IMG/VR virus record: IMGVR_UViG_3300033141_003493
Location: 1 to 58,150 of that record
Reading direction: 5' to 3' (one strand)
DNA length: 58,150 nt
Source: a virus
Lineage: Duplodnaviria; Caudoviricetes
Shown here: positions 7,984 to 15,968 of the stretch, piece by piece
Numbering within the stretch: position 1 is the stretch's first letter
How the letters are laid out: each line of letters starts with the position of its first letter
Program-made: the position numbers and the translations under genes
The notes under the pieces: model-generated
Seen by the model: only the letters and a program-made list of their open reading frames with translations
Told to the model about the DNA's origin: nothing
Database searches by the model: none

Positions 7984-10026
7984 GTGACGCGGTATATTTA
8001 CTGTGGGGGCTATACAACCCAAACGGTCTGGCAGATCGACCCCTCGGACATGTCCAAAGTGGCGGAGAGCGCCGACTATGGGGGGGCTATCTACGAGCTC
8101 ACTACGGATGCTAGCTACGTCTACTGTGGGGGCTATACTCAAACGGTCTGGCAGATAGACCCGTCAGATATGTCAAAGGTAGCTGAGAGTGCTAGCTACG
8201 GCGGGTATATCAACGCTCTTGCTACGGACGCTAGTTACATCTACTGCGGGGGGGCTGGAAGCTACAAAGTCTGGCAGATAGACCCCTCGGACATGTCCAA
8301 GGTAGCAGAGAGCGCCGGCTATGGGGATCGGATCGAGGCTCTTGCTACGGACGCTAGTTATATCTACTGCGGGGGTCGCACCGAAACAGTCTGGCAGATA
8401 GACCCCTCGGATATGTCCAAGGTGGCAGAGAGTGCTGACTATGGCGGGGCTATCAACGCTCTCGCTACGGATGGTACTTACGTTTACTGCGGGGGCAATA
8501 CCGGAACAGTTTGGCAGATAGACCCCTCGGATATGTCCAAGGTAGCAGAGAGTGCCGACTATGGGGATCGGATCTACGCTCTTGTTACGGACGCTACTTA
8601 CGTCTACTGCGGAGGCTATATAATCAACAAAGTCTGGCAGATAGACCCCTCGGACATGTCCAAGGTAGCTGAGAGCGCTAGCTATGGGCAGACTATCTAC
8701 GGTCTCGCTACGGATGCTAGTTACGTCTACTGTGGGGGCTATAGCAAAGTCTGGCAGATAGACCCCTCGGATATGTCCAAGGTAGCAGAGAGCGCTAGCT
8801 ATGGGGGGACTATCAGCGCTCTCACTGTCACGAAGCAAGAGGAGGGAGGTGAGGAGGTCTACGCTGACCTCACGCTGAACCGCGTGATGGCACTTAGCGA
8901 TACCGGCCAAGCAGATGCGGCGGCTGGTCTGAACCTCGCTCGCACTTTGGATACTGTAAGCGGCCCAGGGGCAGCAGATGCAAATGGTCTGGCCACGCTT
9001 ACACGCCTGCTCGGTCTTGCTGATACAGGGCAAACCGATGCTGAGGGTAGTCTGAGCCTTGCTGCGCTGAGGGCATTGAGCAGCTTGGGATACTTGGAGG
9101 CAAGCCGAGCGGTGACGCTAAGTCATAGCCGCACTGCAACCGCTACAGCCATGGCTGACGGCCAAGGAGTGGTCAACCTGGCGTCCTCACGAGCTATCGC
9201 CGGGGCGAGTGAGGCGCAAGCCGAGGCATATGCAGCGTTGGCGCGGATAGTGGCCCTAAGTTTGGCCCGTGAAGCAACTGTGGACCAGACCCTCATGCTG
9301 GCGCTTGTCAGGGCTTTGGATGCCGGGGCAGAGGCAGGCGCCCAGGGAGCTAGCGTGCTTTCGCGGGCGCTGGCTCTGACTGACGCGGCGGAAGCTGACA
9401 CGGACGGCGTCCTGTCGCTACTGCGCTCACTCGGTGCTGATGCCGCAGCGCTGGCGGACGCAAGCGCGATGCTCACGCTGACACGTAGTGTGGCAGTGAA
9501 TGCGCTCGGCGCAGTGGAGGCCGCAGCAGGGCTTACACTGGCCATTCTCCAGGGTCTGGCCACGGTCGCCGACGTGGAGGTCCCAGGCGCTGTTGATGTC
9601 GCTTTGGCGCTCTCCATGGGGCTGGGTTTTGAAGCAACATCTCAGGCAATCGCCGAGGCTGAGGCCGCTCTGGGTCGCTACCTTGCGATGCTCCTAGAGA
9701 GCGAAGCTCAAGCTACTGTGACGGTGAGTCTGTCTCGCAGCGCGGGGCTGGACAGCGAGGCACAGCGTGTTGCAGATACCGAGGTTGTGTTGGCTGTAGA
9801 CCTTGGGGCAAGCGCCGGCAGCGAAGCTGTAGCAGACGGTGGGGTTGGCCTCGACCAGGTGCGGGCGGCGTTGGTCGTGGCGCAGGCCGTTGCAGCAGCT
9901 GGGATCGCTCTGGAGGCGATACGCGATATACAGATTGTCCGGGGTGTGCTGCTTGCCACCATCGTTATGCCGGCGAAGCGGACCTATCAGGTAGAGGCAG
10001 AAAATCGTGCACATACGGTACGGTGA
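7984..10026 (+). CDS. 7-blade beta-propeller repeat protein with Ala-rich stalk (putative receptor-binding or virion fibre)
   Basis: 7 near-identical ~42-aa repeats YCGG-x-VWQIDPSDMSKVAESAxYG, Ala/Leu-rich region, C-terminal RTYQVEAENR. Confidence 0.8.
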   Translation: MTRYIYCGGYTTQTVWQIDPSDMSKVAESADYGGAIYELTTDASYVYCGGYTQTVWQIDPSDMSKVAESASYGGYINALATDASYIYCGGAGSYKVWQIDPSDMSKVAESAGYGDRIEALATDASYIYCGGRTETVWQIDPSDMSKVAESADYGGAINALATDGTYVYCGGNTGTVWQIDPSDMSKVAESADYGDRIYALVTDATYVYCGGYIINKVWQIDPSDMSKVAESASYGQTIYGLATDASYVYCGGYSKVWQIDPSDMSKVAESASYGGTISALTVTKQEEGGEEVYADLTLNRVMALSDTGQADAAAGLNLARTLDTVSGPGAADANGLATLTRLLGLADTGQTDAEGSLSLAALRALSSLGYLEASRAVTLSHSRTATATAMADGQGVVNLASSRAIAGASEAQAEAYAALARIVALSLAREATVDQTLMLALVRALDAGAEAGAQGASVLSRALALTDAAEADTDGVLSLLRSLGADAAALADASAMLTLTRSVAVNALGAVEAAAGLTLAILQGLATVADVEVPGAVDVALALSMGLGFEATSQAIAEAEAALGRYLAMLLESEAQATVTVSLSRSAGLDSEAQRVADTEVVLAVDLGASAGSEAVADGGVGLDQVRAALVVAQAVAAAGIALEAIRDIQIVRGVLLATIVMPAKRTYQVEAENRAHTVR

Positions 10027-10052
10027 AGCGCTAGAGCCATCACGGAGCTAAC

Positions 10053-11078
10053 GTGACGCGATATATCTACTGCGCGGGTGAGGCAGACGCCCCAACAGTT
10101 TGGCAGATAGACCCCTCGGACATGCTCAAGGTAAGAGAGAGTGCCGACTATGGTAGCTACATCGACGTTCTGGCTACGGATGCTAGTTATATCTACTGTG
10201 GGGGTTCTATCAAAGTCTGGCAGATAGATCCCTCGGACATGTCCAAAGTAGCGGAGAGCGCCGACTATGGTAGCTACATCTACGCCCTTGCTACTGATGC
10301 TAGTTACATCTACTGCGGAGGCCACGCAACCCAAACAGTTTGGCAGATAAACCCCTCGGATATGTCAAAGGTAGCGGAAAGCGCCGATTATGGGGGGATT
10401 ATCTACGCTCTCGCTGCGGATGCTAGTTACATCTACTGCGGAGGCCACGCAACTCGAACAGTTTGGCAGATAGACCCCTCGGACATGTCAAAGGCAGCAG
10501 AGAGTCCCAACTATGGCGGATATATCCGCGCTCTTGCTACCGATACTAGTTATATCTATTGCGGGGGTTCTACAACTCACACAGTTTGGCAGATAGACCC
10601 CTCGGATATGTCCAAGGTGGCCGAGAGTGCCGACTACGGTAGCGATATTGAGGCTCTTGCTACCGATGCTAGTTACGTTTACTGTGGAGGAGATAGTTGC
10701 ACAGTCTGGCAGATAGATCCCTCAGACATGTCGAGGGTGGCAGAAAGTGCTAACTATGGAGATTGGATCTACGCCCTTGCTACGGATGGCACTTATCTGT
10801 ACTGCGGGGGCTACACAAACTCAACAGTTTGGCAGATAGACCCTTCGGACATGTCCAAGGTAGCAGAGAGCGCTACATATGGCTGGTGTGTCCGCGCTCT
10901 TGCTGTCGCACAGTTGAAGGCGGTCTACGCTGACCTCACACTAAACCGCGTACACGATATACAGATTATCTGGGATGTATTGCTTGCCAACATCGCTATG
11001 CCGGCGAACCGGACGTATCGGGTAGAGGCAGAAGATCGTACATATACGGTACGGCGTCGGGAACACTTCATTGCGTAG
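10053..11078 (+). CDS. second 7-blade beta-propeller paralog lacking the Ala-rich stalk
   Basis: same repeat framework and same upstream catcacggagctaacGTG; VYADLTLNRV fused directly to the DIQI...RTYRVEAEDR tail. Confidence 0.8.
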   Translation: MTRYIYCAGEADAPTVWQIDPSDMLKVRESADYGSYIDVLATDASYIYCGGSIKVWQIDPSDMSKVAESADYGSYIYALATDASYIYCGGHATQTVWQINPSDMSKVAESADYGGIIYALAADASYIYCGGHATRTVWQIDPSDMSKAAESPNYGGYIRALATDTSYIYCGGSTTHTVWQIDPSDMSKVAESADYGSDIEALATDASYVYCGGDSCTVWQIDPSDMSRVAESANYGDWIYALATDGTYLYCGGYTNSTVWQIDPSDMSKVAESATYGWCVRALAVAQLKAVYADLTLNRVHDIQIIWDVLLANIAMPANRTYRVEAEDRTYTVRRREHFIA

Positions 11079-11100
11079 ATGCAGAGAATAAGGAGAGATA

Positions 11101-11607
11101 ATGGAAACGAGGGTAAGGGTCAAGCTGGCCAATCACTTTCGGGTCGAGGCGTGGCGTGGCGACAGGCTACTCTGGGTTGATGAGTTTGACAACTTGGTGG
11201 TCAACGAGGGCCTGGATGACGCGCTGGACAAGCACCTCAAGGGATCGAGTTATACAGCGGCTTGGTATGTCGGTCTGGCCGATGGTACGCCCAGTTTCGC
11301 CGCCGGCGATACGATGGCTAGCCACGCGGGTTGGTCGGAAGTTACAGCCTATGATGAGGCCAACAGGCCGACCCTGACGCTGGGCACCGTGTCCGGCCAG
11401 TCGGTGGACAACTCGGCCAGCAAGGCAGAGTTCACCATTAGTAGCAATGACACGACCATCGGTGGCGCATTCGTCGTGAGCGATAACACCAAGGGCGGGA
11501 CGACAGGCGTGCTCTACGGCGGTGGCGCGTTCAGCGCCGGTGACAAGACGCTCGACGACAACGACGTGCTGCGGGTGACGGTGACTTGCACGGCATCTGC
11601 GTCCTAA
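11101..11607 (+). CDS. virion structural protein (fibre/collar associated)
   Basis: NLVVNEGLD...WYVGL...AAGDT pattern common in phage fibre modules; good SD. Confidence 0.6.
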   Translation: METRVRVKLANHFRVEAWRGDRLLWVDEFDNLVVNEGLDDALDKHLKGSSYTAAWYVGLADGTPSFAAGDTMASHAGWSEVTAYDEANRPTLTLGTVSGQSVDNSASKAEFTISSNDTTIGGAFVVSDNTKGGTTGVLYGGGAFSAGDKTLDDNDVLRVTVTCTASAS

Positions 11608-11619
11608 CGGCGGTGTAGC

Positions 11620-11826
11620 ATGGCTCGGGACGACACCATCGTAGATAGCGAATGGATCGTCCCCGACGGCCTGGTTCTCGATGACGAGAGCTTTACTACT
11701 AGCAAGACCGTGGTCTGGCTGACTGGTGGTACCGCAAAGACCCGTTATGAGGTCACGAACCGTATCACTACGTCAGATGGGCGAATAGACGACCGCACTA
11801 TTCTTATCTACGTTATCGAGCGATAG
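11620..11826 (+). CDS. fibre-tail adaptor-like protein, possibly N-terminally truncated
   Basis: DTIVDSEW...VWLTGG...YEVTNRITTSDGR..DRT pattern. Confidence 0.5.
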   Translation: MARDDTIVDSEWIVPDGLVLDDESFTTSKTVVWLTGGTAKTRYEVTNRITTSDGRIDDRTILIYVIER

Positions 11827-11851
11827 GGATAGGTGGAGGAGGAAATATCCA

Positions 11852-12679
11852 ATGGCTATGACGATTGAGGAGCGTCATGCGTACTGCCTCTACCCCGCAG
11901 TTCGTGTGAAGTCCGGGAAGACCATGGGGTCCGGAACGGTGGTCTACGTGGAGCCGGCTCCTGGTGAAGAGGGCCTATACGATATCTACGTTTTGACCAA
12001 CGAACACGTTGTTGATGATCTCATCAAGGTGGAGAAGAGGTGGAGCTCTCTGCTGAAGCGGGAGATTCCCACCGATGTGACGGGGCAGCCCGATGTGGAG
12101 TTCTTCACCTATGCCTATCGGTCTCGAACTGTAGGTGCTGCCGCCTATCAGTCAGAGATTGTAGCCTACGACAAGGATGAGGACTTGGCTCTGCTGAGGA
12201 TTCGTTCTCCCTACAAGCACGAGTACACGGCGCGACTGGTTCCCGAGGAGGAGATCAAGCAGCTGTGGGCCTTTGAGGAAGTCTGGAACGTTGGTTGTGG
12301 CATGGGCGCAAAGCCGGTTATTACCCGGGGCTATCTGAGCTCTTTCGGTTGGGATATTGACAACCGCGACTACATGCTTATCTCTGCTGCCAGCTACTTT
12401 GGGAACTCCGGTGGGGCAACCTTCCTGGAACGAACCGGTTGGATGATTGGCATTCCGGCCAGGATCGCGGTGGCCAACCTGGGGTTTAGCCCCGACGTGG
12501 TGACTCATCTGGGCTTCAGCATCTCTCCGGCGCGCATCTACGATTTCCTCAGAGCGCAAGTCTTCGACTTTATCATCGACCCGGACAAAACGTCACAGCA
12601 GTGCGAGGAAGAGCGGGGGCGTCGCAGGAAAGAGGACCAGTACCTCCAACTTCGAGAGGAACAGGAAAAGATAAGTTAG
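11852..12679 (+). CDS. trypsin-like serine protease (S1)
   Basis: catalytic motifs LTNEHVV (His), DLALL (Asp), GNSGG (Ser). Confidence 0.85.
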   Translation: MAMTIEERHAYCLYPAVRVKSGKTMGSGTVVYVEPAPGEEGLYDIYVLTNEHVVDDLIKVEKRWSSLLKREIPTDVTGQPDVEFFTYAYRSRTVGAAAYQSEIVAYDKDEDLALLRIRSPYKHEYTARLVPEEEIKQLWAFEEVWNVGCGMGAKPVITRGYLSSFGWDIDNRDYMLISAASYFGNSGGATFLERTGWMIGIPARIAVANLGFSPDVVTHLGFSISPARIYDFLRAQVFDFIIDPDKTSQQCEEERGRRRKEDQYLQLREEQEKIS

Positions 12680-12691
12680 AGGGGTGCGGAT

Positions 12692-12862
12692 ATGCCCTAC
12701 AAACTAAGCAAAAGCGGCAAGGCGGTGCTTGTCAAGCGGGGCAATCGTTGGGTTGTGCTGAAGCGTCATCCGACACGAGAGAAGGCGAGAAAGCACGTGG
12801 CGGCGCTCAACATAAATGTGCACCATCCCGAAAAGGCTCGGAAGAAGAGAAAGAAGAGATGA
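12692..12862 (+). CDS. small basic protein (56 aa)
   Basis: MPYKLSKSGKAVLVKRGNRW...; SD GAGGGG; ATGA overlap with the next gene; below the ORF-track cutoff. Confidence 0.55.
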   Translation: MPYKLSKSGKAVLVKRGNRWVVLKRHPTREKARKHVAALNINVHHPEKARKKRKKR

Positions 12863-13242
12863 GCGAGCGGAACACTTTCGAGATTCTGCGTGATGCTCTG
12901 GTCGAGGATTTGCTGAATACTGTTGAGGCCATGGTCACTGAGCCGCCTTATGAGAGCGTGAAGCTGACCCAAGACGAGCAGCTAGAGCGTTATGCGAAGT
13001 ACCGAGATGATCCCCAGCACTGGGAGCAACTGCTGGACAAGGAGGGGTGGAGCCAGACGATACACGACGCTCTGATTCTGGAGCGTCGGTACAAGGAGCG
13101 TGAAAATGCCGAACCCGATTATGGACTGGGTTCTGAACGCCTTGAAGACCGGGGGGCTCGACCCGGGAGAGGTGGCGAAGATATTCGACCCAATCCGACG
13201 AGCACTGTCCGGGGAGGCCCAGGCCCTCGCCAATCTCTTTAG
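12859..13242 (+). CDS. hypothetical protein
   Basis: MSERNTFEIL..., translationally coupled to the upstream gene. Confidence 0.55.
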   Translation: MSERNTFEILRDALVEDLLNTVEAMVTEPPYESVKLTQDEQLERYAKYRDDPQHWEQLLDKEGWSQTIHDALILERRYKERENAEPDYGLGSERLEDRGARPGRGGEDIRPNPTSTVRGGPGPRQSL

Positions 13243-13966
13243 CGGCGCACAAGCCCAGAACATATCTCCTACGCGATTCCCGATTACGCCCGGAGGCGTG
13301 GCGGGGTACGAAGGCTCTCGAACCACAACCCGTCCGTCCACGCTGGAAGCCACCCGTCTTCAGGCGGGTACGAGTCTCATCCCTGGGGCTAGTATCACGC
13401 CGACCGGCGGCGCTTATCCCGCCACACCCGGCGGCGTGGCGGGATACGAAGCCTCTCGACCCCCTGCTGTGCCGGGCTACATGGATGAGATGGCTTGGAT
13501 CTTCTTCGGCAAGAGCTATGACCAACTGACCCCTGCCGAACAGCAACAACTCCATGCCAAGGTTCAGCAGGCTTACGGCCTTGGTGGTACAACTGGTCGC
13601 CCCTACATGGCCGAACTTGCCGAGCAGCAGAGACAGTTCGATCTCACTCAGCAGTGGCTTAGAGAGCAACTTGCTGCACAGCAGGCTATGGAGCAGGCGG
13701 CATTGGCCCAGAGACGTAGGGAGATGGCTGCCAACCTTGGGCAGGGTATTGCCGGTTTGCAGTCCCAGCAGTGGGCGCAGGCCCTCCCCTATCAGCTGCC
13801 TGCTGGCGCTCAATACACCCCGGGGTACGAGCCTGGTGGGTTGATGTCTCAGATGGCGCGGCAGGCCGGAGTGCGATTTACCCCGGCACCAGTGGCTGAA
13901 TCACCAGCGCCCACTAGAGAGCAGATGGAAGCTTGGCTCGCCGATGCCATAGCCAGATTCGGCTAA
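13106..13966 (+). CDS. putative internal virion (ejection) protein
   Basis: G/A/Q-rich, internal repeat PxTPGGVAGYE, position in structural operon. Confidence 0.55.
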   Translation: MPNPIMDWVLNALKTGGLDPGEVAKIFDPIRRALSGEAQALANLFSGAQAQNISPTRFPITPGGVAGYEGSRTTTRPSTLEATRLQAGTSLIPGASITPTGGAYPATPGGVAGYEASRPPAVPGYMDEMAWIFFGKSYDQLTPAEQQQLHAKVQQAYGLGGTTGRPYMAELAEQQRQFDLTQQWLREQLAAQQAMEQAALAQRRREMAANLGQGIAGLQSQQWAQALPYQLPAGAQYTPGYEPGGLMSQMARQAGVRFTPAPVAESPAPTREQMEAWLADAIARFG

Positions 13967-13996
13967 GCGATCCCCAATCGCCGGTGGCCTTGCCAC
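13967..13996 (-). repeat. double-hairpin repeat copy, inverted orientation
   Basis: reverse complement reads GTGGCAAGGCCACCGGCGATTGGGGATCGC. Confidence 0.85.
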
Positions 13997-14020
13997 TATA
14001 TCTTATAAGAGAGGTTGCGG

Positions 14021-15445
14021 ATGGATGCGATAACGGCAGGTGGTTATGGATGGTATCAGCCACTCATAAACCAGACGTTGGGCTATCTAGACTACCTGCT
14101 ATCTCGAGCCGGACTGACCGGCTATTACCAGGAACCCGAGGTGCCAGCGCCCACGGAGCGCGAAGCGCTCATGGCGATCTGGAATGACAGGCCGGACATA
14201 AAGGACTTATACGATAAGAACTGGGGCGAGGGCCAGTACGCCCCCTGGCGTGCTGTGGCCGACTGGCTGTCCTGGACCCCCGAAACGGAGGTGGAGCAGG
14301 CGGGTCGTGACCCTATTCAGTATGCCATTTCCTTGGGCCTGATCGAGCCGGGGAAAGAGGCCGGCGAGAAGGAGCCCACCCTGGCCATGCGGCAGTTCGA
14401 GGAGGCCCAGAAGGAGTGGTGGGCGTCTTTTGAGGAGGACCAACGCCGGGCGGATCGGGAGTTCTTACGACAGCAAGGGCTCGATGAGGAGGCTATTCGT
14501 CAATATGAGGAAGCCAAAGAGGAGCGATACTACCGCTACGGCGTCGTTGATGAGCAGTGGGAGAAGGAGTATCTCCGGCAGATTGGCCTCGATGAGGAGG
14601 ACATTCGGCGCTGGGATCTGGATCGGCAGGATCGCCTGGATGCCTTTGCCGAGGATACGCGACGCTGGGAGGCGGAACAGGCCCGCCTGCTGAATCTGGA
14701 TAAAGAGGACGTTCGGCGCTGGAACGCCATGTTTGCCCAGGAGCAGCTCAGGGATGAGCGGTCTTGGCAGCAGTGGTCTGACGAGTTCGAGTTCAAGAAG
14801 CAGGCCTGGGCGGAGGAGCTGGGGCTGGAGCGCGAGAAGTTCCGGTTCGAGTCCGGGCTTGCCGAGCGCCAGCAGGAGTTCTACGAGCGCATGGCCGAGC
14901 AGGGGTTGGGACTGGATTACCTCAATCTCTTGTCTGGGCTTCGCGGCCCCCAGGACTGGTTGCGGTACAGTCAGGCCAAGCGTGCTGCCCAAACGACGGA
15001 ACTGCCGGGCTTTGCTCAATCTTTCCTCACCGGGCAACCGATGGCCGGCTTCCAGGGAGCGGCTCCCGTTCCCGCAGCTAGTCCCGAGGGGTTACTGACC
15101 TGGCAGGAGCAGCTGGCTAAGGGTCTTGGTGTCTTGCCGGGTGCCGGGGCGCAGGCTGGTCAGGTCGTAGCAGAGCCCCAGCTTCAGCAGCCGGTCTCCA
15201 CGGCCTGGAACCCCTATACGGTTCAAGCCCAGCAGCAGACGCCCGCTGATTTCTGGTCGTTGCTGGCCCAGAATCCCCACAAGGTCAGTGCCGCTCAGGT
15301 TGCCCAAATGACCCCCTCTGAGCAGCAGATGCTGGCGGGGGCCGTGGAGAGCTATGGCGGCTGGTGGGAAGACTGGCTACGTGGGCTTAGTCAATCGGCC
15401 CCCAGAGGACAGGCTAACCCCTGGTCTACATGGAGGGGTTGGTAA
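14021..15445 (+). CDS. putative ejection / DNA-transfer protein
   Basis: long charged helical region with repeated E(D)xRRW motifs; SD GAGAGG. Confidence 0.55.
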   Translation: MDAITAGGYGWYQPLINQTLGYLDYLLSRAGLTGYYQEPEVPAPTEREALMAIWNDRPDIKDLYDKNWGEGQYAPWRAVADWLSWTPETEVEQAGRDPIQYAISLGLIEPGKEAGEKEPTLAMRQFEEAQKEWWASFEEDQRRADREFLRQQGLDEEAIRQYEEAKEERYYRYGVVDEQWEKEYLRQIGLDEEDIRRWDLDRQDRLDAFAEDTRRWEAEQARLLNLDKEDVRRWNAMFAQEQLRDERSWQQWSDEFEFKKQAWAEELGLEREKFRFESGLAERQQEFYERMAEQGLGLDYLNLLSGLRGPQDWLRYSQAKRAAQTTELPGFAQSFLTGQPMAGFQGAAPVPAASPEGLLTWQEQLAKGLGVLPGAGAQAGQVVAEPQLQQPVSTAWNPYTVQAQQQTPADFWSLLAQNPHKVSAAQVAQMTPSEQQMLAGAVESYGGWWEDWLRGLSQSAPRGQANPWSTWRGW

Positions 15446-15966
15446 TGCCCGGCATAAGAGATTGGGTAGAGCGCGCTTTGGTCTCGGCCGCAACAGCTGC
15501 CTCTGCGCTGGAGCGGCTGCCTGGTGAGGGCTATCGGGCTTACGAGGATTGGTTTTATGAAACAACGGCTCCGGGACAGGAGTTGATCGGTGACCTTGTA
15601 AAGGCCTGGTATCGTGGAGTGGCCGATCCTGTAGTAGGTGGTCTTTGGGCTGGCCTTACTGAAGCAAAGCCACCTATACAAAAGGATATCTCCGCGCTGT
15701 CTCCTCAGCAGATATATGAGGGATTGCAGGGAGGTCGTAGTTATCTGACGCCAGAAGAGAACCGGACATTGTTGGAGTGGCAGCGTCAGCAGGCCCTCGA
15801 AGCCCCCGAGTGGTTCCGAGTAGCGGGGCGTTACTATTACGACCCGTTTATGTGGGGCAACCTTCTGCTGGGTAATGTTTCTCATGTGCTTCGGATTCCC
15901 GACTTTTCCGTGCCGGTACTCCGGGAAATGTTTGAGGAAGAGCGCGAGCTCTCTGGGAGGATATAA
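15445..15966 (+). CDS. hypothetical virion protein
   Basis: TAATG overlap with upstream gene, SD GGAGG. Confidence 0.55.
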   Translation: MPGIRDWVERALVSAATAASALERLPGEGYRAYEDWFYETTAPGQELIGDLVKAWYRGVADPVVGGLWAGLTEAKPPIQKDISALSPQQIYEGLQGGRSYLTPEENRTLLEWQRQQALEAPEWFRVAGRYYYDPFMWGNLLLGNVSHVLRIPDFSVPVLREMFEEERELSGRI

Positions 15967-15968
15967 CC

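Noticed and set aside
7984-11078. Diversity-generating retroelement
   Set aside because: No reverse transcriptase ORF, no TR/VR pair, and variation includes indels and is not adenine-specific
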